Source of the DNA: Roseobacter sp.
Lineage (GTDB): Bacteria > Chloroflexota > Anaerolineae > J036 > Brachytrichaceae
Reading direction: 5' to 3'
Assembly: GCA_043748055.1 (NCBI GenBank)
Contig: JAYTNY010000164.1
Span: 1 to 40,548, forward strand
DNA length: 40,548 nt
A program made the position numbers and the translations under genes. Below, piece by piece: positions 7,641 through 15,666 of this stretch (positions are counted from its first letter, which is position 1; every line of letters starts with the position of its first letter). The notes beneath the pieces were generated by a model, which saw nothing but the letters and a program-made list of their open reading frames with translations, was not told where the DNA came from and ran no database searches.

Positions 7641-7652
7641 CTAAACAGGTTG

Positions 7653-8147
7653 ATGCCAGTAGAAATGCACAGCCTTGAGCAACCTGTGGAAGCCTTAAAC
7701 GAAATTGACACCGCGATCTTAAACATCTTGCAGGAGGATGGTAGCGTGAGCGTGACCGAGTTGGCGCGGCGCATCAACCTCTCGCAGCCCGCCACGCACG
7801 CGCGGGTGCGGCGGCTGCAAGAGAGCGGGTTGATTCGCAAGTACGTAGCCCTGGTAGACCGAGAGAAAGCGGGTTTCGACATTCTTGTGTTTATTCACAT
7901 CACGTTGCAGCTCAACAAGAAAGAGGAACTGCGCAAATACACCGAGGCCATACAAGCCATGCCCGAAGTGTTGGAATGCCACCACATCACCGGCGAGTAT
8001 GACTACTTGGTGAAAGCCGCCGTGCGCAACCGCCACGAGCTTGAGCGCTTTGTGAATGGCAGGCTGACAGCCGTGCCTGGCATTGCGCGCATTCACACCA
8101 GCTTAGTGTTTACAGAGGTGAAGTCGACGACGGCTTTGCCGCTTTAG
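7653..8147 (+). CDS. Lrp/AsnC-family transcriptional regulator
   Basis: N-terminal HTH (LDxIDTAILNILQEDGSVSVTELARRINLSQPATHARVRRLQESGLI) plus a C-terminal RAM/AsnC_trans_reg domain. Start could be 7653 or 7665. Confidence 0.9.
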   Translation: MPVEMHSLEQPVEALNEIDTAILNILQEDGSVSVTELARRINLSQPATHARVRRLQESGLIRKYVALVDREKAGFDILVFIHITLQLNKKEELRKYTEAIQAMPEVLECHHITGEYDYLVKAAVRNRHELERFVNGRLTAVPGIARIHTSLVFTEVKSTTALPL

Positions 8148-8206
8148 TGAATGGGGATTGGTGATTAGTGAGTAATGGCAATCACTGATCACTAATCCCC
8201 ATTCAC
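8147..8206. repeat. Imperfect inverted repeat built from GTGATTA/GGGATT-type units
   Basis: GTGAATGGGGATTGGTGATTAGTGA pairs with TCACTGATCACTAATCCCCATTCAC with two mismatches. It overlaps the Lrp stop codon and lies upstream of metK. Confidence 0.8.
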
Positions 8207-8234
8207 CATCTACAAAAGGAACCCCAAAATAAAA

Positions 8235-9449
8235 ATGAGTACATTCATGACCTCCAAACAGCTCTTCTTCACCAGCGAAAGCGTGACCGAAGGGCACCCC
8301 GACAAGATGTGCGACCAGATCAGCGATGCCGTGCTGGACGCTTGCCTGAAGCAAGACCCGATGAGCCGCGTGGCCTGCGAGACCGCCGTCAAGACCGGCT
8401 TTGTGCTGTGCTTTGGCGAGATTACAACGAAGGGCTTTGTGAACTTCGAGCCGTTGGTGCGCGAAGTGGTGAAGGGCATCGGCTTTGATGACAGCAGCAA
8501 GGGCTTTGATGGCAACACTTGCGGCGTAATGATTGCGTTGGCGGCTCAATCCCCCGACATTGCCCAAGGCGTGGACAGCGCGTTTGAAGTGCGCAATAAA
8601 CGCGGCAAGAAAGACCGCGAGGCCGAGATTGCCAAAGTAGGCGCGGGCGACCAGGGCATGATGTTTGGCTTTGCCTGCAACGAAACGCCGGAGCTGATGC
8701 CGATGCCGATTGCATTGGCCCATCGGCTGGGCCGCCAGATGAGCGCGCTGCGCAAGAACGGCACCATCCCCTGGCTGCGCCCCGACGGCAAGACCCAAGT
8801 GACGGTCGAGTACTCGGCGGGCAAGCCGGTGCGCGTAGACACTGTGTTAATTTCCACACAGCACGCGCCGGATGTGAGCCAGGAAGAAATCAACCAAGAG
8901 CTGACCGAGCAGGTGATTTACCCGACGATCCCCGGGGAGTACGTGGACAAGAAGATGAAGATTTACACCAACCCGACCGGCAAGTTCGTCATCGGCGGGC
9001 CGATGGGCGACGCGGGGTTGACCGGGCGCAAGATCATCGTGGACACGTATGGTGGCATGGGGCGACACGGCGGTGGCGCATTCAGCGGCAAAGACCCCAC
9101 CAAAGTAGACCGCAGCGCAGCCTACGCCGCACGCTGGGTAGCCAAGACTGTGGTGGCAGCGGGATTGGCGGATCGCTGCGAAGTGCAGGTGGCTTATGCC
9201 ATCGGTGTGGCTCGCCCGCTCAGCATCAACATCGAGACGTTTGGTACAGGCAAGGTGAGCGATGAGAGCCTAGTGAAAGCGGTGAACGAAGTATTTGATC
9301 TGCGCCCAGGTGCCATCATTCACGATTTGAAGTTGCGCCGACCGATTTATCAGCAGACTGCGGCGTACGGCCACTTTGGCCGCACGGATATTGACCTGCC
9401 GTGGGAGCAGACGAACCGGGCAGGGGCGTTGAAGAAAGCGGCGAAGTAA
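8235..9449 (+). CDS. metK: S-adenosylmethionine synthetase
   Basis: 404 aa; [46 protein letters not shown]. Confidence 0.97.
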   Translation: MSTFMTSKQLFFTSESVTEGHPDKMCDQISDAVLDACLKQDPMSRVACETAVKTGFVLCFGEITTKGFVNFEPLVREVVKGIGFDDSSKGFDGNTCGVMIALAAQSPDIAQGVDSAFEVRNKRGKKDREAEIAKVGAGDQGMMFGFACNETPELMPMPIALAHRLGRQMSALRKNGTIPWLRPDGKTQVTVEYSAGKPVRVDTVLISTQHAPDVSQEEINQELTEQVIYPTIPGEYVDKKMKIYTNPTGKFVIGGPMGDAGLTGRKIIVDTYGGMGRHGGGAFSGKDPTKVDRSAAYAARWVAKTVVAAGLADRCEVQVAYAIGVARPLSINIETFGTGKVSDESLVKAVNEVFDLRPGAIIHDLKLRRPIYQQTAAYGHFGRTDIDLPWEQTNRAGALKKAAK

Positions 9450-9458
9450 CACTGCAAA

Positions 9459-9487
9459 GTGCGACGCACCTCGGAGGTGCGTCGCAC
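9459..9487. repeat. 13-bp-stem hairpin just after the metK stop
   Basis: GTGCGACGCACCT-CGG-AGGTGCGTCGCAC. Confidence 0.8.
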
Positions 9488-9504
9488 GTCACTAAGTTTG
9501 ACGG

Positions 9505-9541
9505 CCTGGTGAGTTTATAACTCATCAGGCTGTTTTGTTTT
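9505..9541 (+). terminator. Rho-independent terminator of metK
   Basis: CCTGGTGAGTT-TAT-AACTCATCAGG (one G:U pair) followed by CTGTTTTGTTTT. Confidence 0.7.
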
Positions 9542-9568
9542 CAACAATGCTTTTCGTAAAATTAACAT

Positions 9569-10852
9569 ATGCCTATTTGGAAAGATGAATCCAGACAAAA
9601 AGTTGCACAAGAAAACATCAAGTTTCTAATTGCTGCATGGAATGGAAATGGTTGGCCCATTACTTGGGCAAACAGTTTTGCGTTAGCAGGCTTGGTTGCG
9701 TGTTCCGTTAGAAAATCTGGGTTAAACAATAACTTGGTCAGGCAAGTTCTCCAAAAGATGATTGCTTCAAATCAAGATTCAATTGCAGATTTTGAAGTTG
9801 GTTTTGAGAAATTAAAAAAATTAACTGCGCGAACTGCACAAACTTGGAAGATATTCATTCCAATTGCAATGGAACTTCATCCAGATTTGGAACTACCACT
9901 ACATCTAAAAATGTTGGGGGTTACGTTCAAGTTCATGACTCTGCAGCAAGTGGATAAGCATCTTAGTTCAGCAGTCCGTCAGCAAATACGCGATCCTAAT
10001 TACATCAAACTGCATACAGGAGCCACAAACAAAAAAACTCCTGATTTGTTTTGGTATATATCCGTGAATGCACAAAGTTTTGATGAAGCATGGAATGCGA
10101 TCTCACCTGCTCTTGATGCGCTCAGGGGCAATATTGAAATGTGTCTAAATTTGTATCGAATGCGCATATTAGGTAGTCGGCCTTCAGCAAGGAGAGTCTT
10201 TCCACAATCGTTGTGGATGCTTTGTCAAAAAGACAAGAATGAGCCACATTGGCGATACTTTATTAACGATGAAGTTCTCGATGCAAAACCTCATAAGTTG
10301 AGTAAAGAGAACTTCTTAGCAATTGTACAAAACTGCAAACCTCTTATAAAGACCCCATCCGAAGAGTCCACTCTCTCAGTCATTAGCGACTGTTTTAGAC
10401 TCTATTCACAGGCAATGGATGCACGTTTTCCCTACGACAGCTTTTTGGGGTTTTGGCAAGTAATCGAGGGCGTAGTGCAATCTGAGTCACTAGGTGGCGA
10501 CACAAAAAAGGTTATTGGTAGAGTCCATTGGCATCATAGAAGGTACAAACTTGCGAGTTCAGGGTTTCGAGAGACTTTGCTCGATCTTGCAGAATTACGA
10601 AACGACCTTGTTCATCGCGGTCTACGTGACGTTACTGAAGATCAAGTAAATTTCGCAAAATTTGCGGCGGAGGCTGCTTTGACTTGGTTATTTTACGTTT
10701 GTAAATTTCTCCCAACCAAGTTGCATTTGGAGCAGTTCTACAAATTAAAAGACGTCAGTCCGCAACAGTTAAAAATCATTCAGGAAACCTTGAACTACAT
10801 TAAGTTGAATACTCAATCGAAACAGGCTCAAAAGATAAAGACGAAAAGTTAA
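9569..10852 (+). CDS. Hypothetical protein with a C-terminal HEPN-like domain (Rx4H), in an AT-rich island
   Basis: 427 aa. ELRNDLVHRG (R344-x4-H349, nt 10598-10615) sits in a predicted helical C-terminal module (ISDCFRLYSQAM / FLGFWQVIEGVV / LAELRNDLVH / FAKFAAEAALTWLF). The N-terminal roughly 260 aa are unrecognised. Composition differs sharply from the flanks. Confidence 0.6.
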   Translation: MPIWKDESRQKVAQENIKFLIAAWNGNGWPITWANSFALAGLVACSVRKSGLNNNLVRQVLQKMIASNQDSIADFEVGFEKLKKLTARTAQTWKIFIPIAMELHPDLELPLHLKMLGVTFKFMTLQQVDKHLSSAVRQQIRDPNYIKLHTGATNKKTPDLFWYISVNAQSFDEAWNAISPALDALRGNIEMCLNLYRMRILGSRPSARRVFPQSLWMLCQKDKNEPHWRYFINDEVLDAKPHKLSKENFLAIVQNCKPLIKTPSEESTLSVISDCFRLYSQAMDARFPYDSFLGFWQVIEGVVQSESLGGDTKKVIGRVHWHHRRYKLASSGFRETLLDLAELRNDLVHRGLRDVTEDQVNFAKFAAEAALTWLFYVCKFLPTKLHLEQFYKLKDVSPQQLKIIQETLNYIKLNTQSKQAQKIKTKS

Positions 10853-10875
10853 AGGCTTTGATACGCGTTAAGTGA

Positions 10876-11448
10876 TTAGCGATCCATCCAAGTTGTCCGC
10901 AATATCGAGAACACCACCGTATCCGAAAACTGCCCGTCCGGCTCACGAAAATTTTCTCGAAAGAGCGCTTCTTGCACAAAGCCCAGCTTCTCTAGCACAC
11001 GGCGCGAACCGGTGTTATCAGGATGAATATGCGCTTCGACGCTGTGCAAGCCAAGCGTGGTGAAGCCAAAGTGCAACGCTGCACCCACCGCCTCGGGCAT
11101 GATGCCGCACCCCCAGAACTCTGGCGATAACTCATAGCCAATCTCGGCGCGATGATGATCCTTCATCAAGCGCCAGAAGCCGCAGGTGCCAACAAGTTCC
11201 GATTGCCCACGCAGCGTAATCGCCCAACGCACCGCTTCGCACTCCTCAAACGCCTTCTCCGTGTCACGAATCCGTTGCACAGCCTGATCCAAAGACGTCA
11301 TCGGCGCGCGGCCAAAGTAACGCATAGCCAGCGGGTCGGCCATGATGCGATACATGGCAGGGGCATCATCGGCGGTGGCGACGCGCAGGGTTAAACGCTC
11401 GGTTTCTAGCGCGGGGAAGGTGGCGAAAGCGGTGGTTACATCCAACAT
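10876..11448 (-). CDS. GNAT-family N-acetyltransferase (RimJ/RimL-like)
   Basis: 190 aa; LETERLTLR start, HRAEIGYEL, GCGIMPEA, GLHSVEAHIHPDNTGSRRVLEKLGF. Confidence 0.85.
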   Translation of the reverse strand: MLDVTTAFATFPALETERLTLRVATADDAPAMYRIMADPLAMRYFGRAPMTSLDQAVQRIRDTEKAFEECEAVRWAITLRGQSELVGTCGFWRLMKDHHRAEIGYELSPEFWGCGIMPEAVGAALHFGFTTLGLHSVEAHIHPDNTGSRRVLEKLGFVQEALFRENFREPDGQFSDTVVFSILRTTWMDR

Positions 11449-11592
11449 AGGATGTAACGTTAATGGGAATTTGTCTTTAGGGCAATAGAAGAAAGTAAGT
11501 GAGAGATAGCCTCAATTACAAGTACAAGCCATGTATGCAAGCCGCGCAGGGAAAATAAGCAAAAGCAATCTGAACTACAATCCCTTTATCAA

Positions 11593-12012
11593 ATGACTAA
11601 TACAACTCCCCCGCGTCGTCGGCCAAAATCCATCGTGCTGAAGAGTGGGTATCAGCCCCGCGTTTACAGAACCTATGAAGACTGGCTTGCCACACAAAAG
11701 TTGGACAAGCGCACGCCCGATGAACGCGGCATTCGTGTGGGTTCGCCGGTAATGTGGCGGCACAAACACAACGGCATCATCATCAGCGACCGGGTGACGG
11801 TGTTGGCGATCTCGGACAACACGTTGACGGTGAGCGTGAAAGATGTAAAAGAGCGCACCTGCAAAATTCATGTGGACGAAGTGGCGGGCGAGGAAGATCG
11901 CCGCCTCTCGATGTGGGGGACAAGCGAGCGCAACCTGGCCTCCGACGCCCCGCCAACAGCCCCTTCACCCGCCGAGCCTCCCAAGACACCCGCCGAGGCC
12001 CCCAAAGCATAG
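11593..12012 (+). CDS. Small hypothetical protein, paralog A (Pro/Ala-rich tail)
   Basis: 139 aa. The core RPKSIVLKSGYQPRVYRTYEDW...GIRVGSPVMWRHKHNGIIISDRVTVLAI..NTLTVSVKDV.ERTC is repeated in the next gene. Tail is ...PPTAPSPAEPPKTPAEAPKA. Confidence 0.6.
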   Translation: MTNTTPPRRRPKSIVLKSGYQPRVYRTYEDWLATQKLDKRTPDERGIRVGSPVMWRHKHNGIIISDRVTVLAISDNTLTVSVKDVKERTCKIHVDEVAGEEDRRLSMWGTSERNLASDAPPTAPSPAEPPKTPAEAPKA

Positions 12013-12079
12013 AAATTATTTCTCACCTAAAGCCTGCGCCGAAGCCCATTGCCTCGGCGCAAGTGTTTTTTCACTTAAC

Positions 12080-12463
12080 ATGCGTACTACTCGACCGAAA
12101 TCGATTGTGCTAAAAGGCGGCCAGCAACCGCGCGTGTATCGAACCTATGAAGATTGGCAAGCCGAGCAAAAGCGAGACACGCGCACGCCCAGCGAGCGAG
12201 GTATTCGGGTGGGTTCGGCGGTGATGTGGCGGCACAAACACAACGGCATCATTCTTTCAGATCGGGTTACCGTGCTCGCCATCAACCACAACACGCTGAC
12301 CGTGACGGTGAAAGATGTGCAGGAGCGCACCTGCGACATTGACATTAGCGAAGTAGTGGCGAACGACGATGATCGCATGTCGGTGCGTGAGACATCTGCG
12401 CCCGCAGACACCGCCGACAAAGAAGCCAAACCAGAAACCGAGACAAAGGACGAGGAAGAGTAA
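12080..12463 (+). CDS. Small hypothetical protein, paralog B (acidic tail ending DEEE)
   Basis: 127 aa from ATG 12080. By eye about 75-80% identical to paralog A over about 95 aa. Tail is ...APADTADKEAKPETETKDEEE. Confidence 0.6.
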   Translation: MRTTRPKSIVLKGGQQPRVYRTYEDWQAEQKRDTRTPSERGIRVGSAVMWRHKHNGIILSDRVTVLAINHNTLTVTVKDVQERTCDIDISEVVANDDDRMSVRETSAPADTADKEAKPETETKDEEE

Positions 12464-12469
12464 CGTTTC

Positions 12470-12556
12470 TTTTTTCGCGGAGATGCGGAGGAGCGGAGAA
12501 CGCAGAGAAATATAAAAATCTCCGTGCCTCCGTTTCCTCCGCCCCTCCGCGAAAAA
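12470..12556. repeat. Imperfect inverted repeat (about 38-nt arms, AT-rich loop)
   Basis: TTTTTCGCGGAGATGCGGAGGAGCGGAGAACGCAGAGA ... TCTCCGTGCCTCCGTTTCCTCCGCCCCTCCGCGAAAAA. It accounts for the spurious N-terminal extension MPPFPPPLREKP of the next ORF. Confidence 0.8.
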
Positions 12557-12580
12557 CCAGAGGAAATCAAACTAACCCTT

Positions 12581-14008
12581 ATGCTTTCAGCAGCCGACGA
12601 ACGCGGACTCAAAGGGCTATCGCTCGATGGCCGCGTTCGTCGCGCCTTCTACGATCTCTCGGCTAGCGCAATTTGGGAGCTGGCCGAGAAAGTGCCGGTG
12701 AGCGCACGCAACCACAAGCTGTTGTATTACCGCGACGGGCAAGAGGATGTCATCCCCGTTATCCTGCGGCCTACGGCCATATTGGCCGAGCAGCAAAATT
12801 ACTTTCACACCGTTTCGGTCACACTTTTAGAAGCATTAAAGCGCGTGCCGGATATGTATTTGGACAGCGCCATTGTGCGCGAAGCTGTGCCGCTGGATGA
12901 GGTTGAAGAGCAATGGCTGCACGACACGTGGACACCCGCGCACCGCAACAACCACTGCGTGTTTGGGCGGTTAGACGCATTGGTGGATTTCACCAGCCCA
13001 TCGTGGAAAGACACGCTGGCGTTTGTAGAGCCAAACCTGGTGGGCGTGGGCGGCATTAACTTGGTGCCGGCGATGGACGAGGTGATGATGGAAGTCATCG
13101 TGCCTGCCTTGCAGCGCGTCGCGCCCGATCTGCATTTGGAGGCCCGCGAGGACTGCCGCGAACTGTTTATGGACGAGGCGCGCGACCACCTGGAGAGCAT
13201 TGGCCGCAAAGACGGCGCGATTGCGTTGGTGGACGCCAAATACTCTGGCGATGGCCCCGCCGAATTTGCGGCGCTGGCCGAGTACTACACTGAGCGAGGC
13301 TTGAAGGTGTTCTATTGCGACCCCAGCGAACTCCATCTAAGAAACAACGAAGTGTATTACGAAGACCACCCAATTGATTTGGTGTATCGGGATTATGCCG
13401 TGCATGATTTTGCCGACCCCGAATATGAAGGCGATGTGGCCGTGCCCAAGCTGCTGTTCAAGCGCAACCAAATGGTGTCCTCGATGGCAGGTGAGTTTGA
13501 CCACAAGAGCACATTTGAGTTGCTGACCGACCCGCGCTTCGCCAGTTTCTTCACCAGCGGCGAGCGACAGATGTTGCGCCGACATGTGCTGTGGACACGC
13601 GTGCTGCGCGAGCGCAAGACCACCGACCCACACGGCGACGAGATTGACCTGCTGAAGTTCACCCGCGAGAACCGCGATATTTTGGTGATTAAGCCCAACC
13701 GAAGCTACGGCGGCGACAGCGTTTACATCGGCCCATCGGTTAGCGATGCCGAGTGGCTGAACGCGATGGACACGGCGCTGGCCGAGCCGGGCTGGTGGGT
13801 GGTGCAACGCATGGCAACGGTGACGGCCTACGAGTTTCCGGTGGTGCATGAAGACCGCTCGATTCACATCGAGCCGTTTTACATGGTGGTGGGGTTTGCG
13901 CCTACCAAATATGGCACTGCGGTGTTGGGGCGCGCCTCGCAGAAGCAAGTGGTGAACGTGGCGCAGAAGGGCGGCATGTGCGCGGTGCTGGTGGGACGAG
14001 TACGCTAA
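12581..14008 (+). CDS. ATP-grasp superfamily enzyme (glutathionylspermidine-synthase-like / circularly permuted ATP-grasp-like)
   Basis: 475 aa from ATG 12581. Segments typical of these ligases: ...NLVGVGG..., LVYRDY..., NQMVSSMAGEFDHKSTFELL, ILVIKPNRSYGGDSVYIG, WVVQR, VVNVAQKGG. The family assignment is by pattern only. Confidence 0.5.
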   Translation: MLSAADERGLKGLSLDGRVRRAFYDLSASAIWELAEKVPVSARNHKLLYYRDGQEDVIPVILRPTAILAEQQNYFHTVSVTLLEALKRVPDMYLDSAIVREAVPLDEVEEQWLHDTWTPAHRNNHCVFGRLDALVDFTSPSWKDTLAFVEPNLVGVGGINLVPAMDEVMMEVIVPALQRVAPDLHLEAREDCRELFMDEARDHLESIGRKDGAIALVDAKYSGDGPAEFAALAEYYTERGLKVFYCDPSELHLRNNEVYYEDHPIDLVYRDYAVHDFADPEYEGDVAVPKLLFKRNQMVSSMAGEFDHKSTFELLTDPRFASFFTSGERQMLRRHVLWTRVLRERKTTDPHGDEIDLLKFTRENRDILVIKPNRSYGGDSVYIGPSVSDAEWLNAMDTALAEPGWWVVQRMATVTAYEFPVVHEDRSIHIEPFYMVVGFAPTKYGTAVLGRASQKQVVNVAQKGGMCAVLVGRVR

Positions 14009-14009
14009 T

Positions 14010-14058
14010 AGCGGTCGGAGCGCGGCGATACAGACATCGCTTGAACGCTCCGGCCGCT
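14010..14058. terminator. Hairpin between convergent genes (possible bidirectional terminator)
   Basis: AGCGGTCGGAGCG (14010-14022) pairs with CGCTCCGGCCGCT (14046-14058), with one G:U pair. Confidence 0.45.
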
Positions 14059-14063
14059 GATAA

Positions 14064-14084
14064 CTGACGACTGACGACTGACGA
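14064..14084. repeat. Tandem heptamer (CTGACGA)x3
   Basis: Read directly. Confidence 0.95.
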
Positions 14085-14089
14085 CTATT

Positions 14090-15256
14090 CTAGAACTTCG
14101 CGTTCTTCGTCACCGAGTAGCTCTTGTCAATCGCGTCAATCTTGTCAGCATTGGCTTCGACACTGGCCTGTGGCACCAGAATGACAAAGCACGAAATCGT
14201 CTTGTCCACTTGGTCGGCGTAGGCGATGCCGCGCATGGGCACGCTGCCATTCTTTGCGGGCGAGGTGTAGCTGAACGTGACCGATGCGGTGTTGCCATCG
14301 CTCTTGGCTTTGTCGGCGGCAAAGTCGGCGTTCTGGCCTATAAGCAAGCCCACAAAGCCACTCACCAAACTCTCCAACTCTTTGCCCTTCAGTGTCATGC
14401 CTTTGTTCTTGGTGAGGTTGATGATGATGGCGCCGTTGCCCTCGGCCTGCGCAAATGTGACAAAGACATTGCCGGGGGTGCTGTTGTCGCCGGTCTCCCA
14501 ATCAGCAGGCACATCAATTTTGAAGGCACCGCTCTTGTGCTTGTAGGTTGTTATCTCGTCAATCACCAACTCGCCGCTGCTGCTCTTGCCAGTGTCCAGC
14601 GCATCAGCATTTGGCTTAAACGTATCCATCAAGGCATACATCTGCGTCTTCGTCTTCTCGTATTGCTCTTGCGGCACAATCCAGGTCAACATCGTCAGCA
14701 GCTTTTGGTCGGCATGGCGCATGTAGCTCTCGCCGACCATCTTGATGGCTTTGCCTTTGGAAGTCACATCGTAGCCATAAGCCACACCCACCAGGCCCTC
14801 GCTAATCATCTGCGGCTTGCCCGTCGAGAATTTCTTCTGGCTGCCCACGCGGTCTTTCACCACCTTCGTCATCAAGTTCGCCAAATCATCGTCGCTCATC
14901 TCCTCGGCATACGGGAAGGCCATGATGGTGAGCGCGCTGTTGCCGCTAGGGTCGGTGAACGTCACCTCCACCTCTTTGCCTTTGGTGCTGTTATCGGTCA
15001 CGTCCCAATTCGTAGGCATGTTGATGGAGAACCAGCCGCTGACATGCTCATACGTGTCAATCTCGCCAAATTCAACGGGCGTGGTCAGGTTGCCTGCCAG
15101 CTTGAAGTTGGTCTTGGGCTGCAAGGCTTTGTTGAGGGCCGCTGAGACCGGCGCAGGTGTGGCCGTAGGTGGGTTCTTGGTTTGGGCGAAAGCCTGCGTT
15201 GTGCTCGAAAGCAGAATGGCCGCCGCAGCGGCCAGGGTAATGAGGTGTGTTTTCAT
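14090..15256 (-). CDS. Secreted protein with two tandem homologous domains, unknown function
   Basis: 388 aa. Signal peptide MKTHLITLAAAAAILLSSTTQAFA. Internal duplication: EIDTYEHVSGWFSINMPTNWDVTDNST.. versus EITTYKHKSGAFKIDVPADWETGDNST... Confidence 0.75.
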   Translation of the reverse strand: MKTHLITLAAAAAILLSSTTQAFAQTKNPPTATPAPVSAALNKALQPKTNFKLAGNLTTPVEFGEIDTYEHVSGWFSINMPTNWDVTDNSTKGKEVEVTFTDPSGNSALTIMAFPYAEEMSDDDLANLMTKVVKDRVGSQKKFSTGKPQMISEGLVGVAYGYDVTSKGKAIKMVGESYMRHADQKLLTMLTWIVPQEQYEKTKTQMYALMDTFKPNADALDTGKSSSGELVIDEITTYKHKSGAFKIDVPADWETGDNSTPGNVFVTFAQAEGNGAIIINLTKNKGMTLKGKELESLVSGFVGLLIGQNADFAADKAKSDGNTASVTFSYTSPAKNGSVPMRGIAYADQVDKTISCFVILVPQASVEANADKIDAIDKSYSVTKNAKF

Positions 15257-15300
15257 GGTTCTGTTTTTGTGTATCTCCTGCGCTGTGTTCTACAGATTTG

Positions 15301-15540
15301 CTATCTCCGCCCTATCTCCGTAGAACCCCCGACCCCTAAAGGGGAGTCCTTGAGCTTTTCAATAACTTAGCCTTTATGAACAGGCAATCAGCGGAAGTCT
15401 GAAGAAGTGTAATAAGCTGGACTTACGCACGACCCCCATATGTGGCGTTGCTGCGTAAGTCCAGATAAGTTAATTGCAGACTTCGTCAACGACTCCTCTT
15501 TAGGGGTCGGGGGTTTGAGGAGACAACGCGGAGATACACG
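15301..15540. mobile_element. MITE-like element with about 47-nt imperfect terminal inverted repeats
   Basis: The left end CTATCTCCGCCCTATCTCCGTAGAACCCCCGACCCCTAAAGGGGAGTC matches the reverse complement of 15491-15540 at roughly 85% by eye. An internal hairpin CTGGACTTACGCA...TGCGTAAGTCCAG lies at 15418-15465. No coding capacity. Confidence 0.65.
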
Positions 15541-15666
15541 CAACCTAAAACATCGAGTATGGGATTGGCGAACCCTAACTATGTAGAGATTGAGCGTTAC
15601 TTGAGGGATTCTTCACTGCGTTCGGAATGACAGCGATTCGTACGTATACTCCATGAATACACCTCT

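Noticed and set aside
8148-8234. SAM riboswitch upstream of metK.
   Set aside because: Only about 87 nt separate the Lrp stop from the metK start, and most of that is a simple two-arm hairpin. There is no room for a four-way SAM-I fold, and I could not see its conserved core.
9542-10875. Prophage or integrative-element interpretation of the AT-rich island.
   Set aside because: I could see no integrase, transposase, flanking direct repeats or tRNA at its borders. It is a single ORF, so it is reported as an orphan horizontally acquired gene rather than a mobile element.
11593-12463. Reading the two small paralogs as RiPP (graspetide/microviridin-type) precursors for the adjacent ATP-grasp enzyme.
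   Set aside because: At 127-139 aa, with a large conserved and probably folded core, they are much bigger than typical precursors. The ATP-grasp protein is also much larger than microviridin-type ligases. A protein-tail modification or an unrelated function seems more likely, so only that version is reported.
12524-12580. N-terminal extensions offered by the ORF track: MPPFPPPLREKP... for the ATP-grasp gene, and similar extensions at 22787, 23720, 27857, 32257, 35357, 5199, 3202 and 38853.
   Set aside because: The extensions run through repeat elements or overlap neighbouring genes, or start at TTG. Internal ATG/GTG starts give family-typical N-termini and tidy 4-nt overlaps or short gaps.
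15603-15640. The sequence GAGGGATTCTTCACTGCGTTCGGAATGACAGCG upstream of the STAND gene as a specific regulatory site.
   Set aside because: I recognise this as a commonly recurring dispersed-repeat sequence rather than a gene-specific operator. There is only a single copy in this window and no partner arm, so nothing further can be supported.
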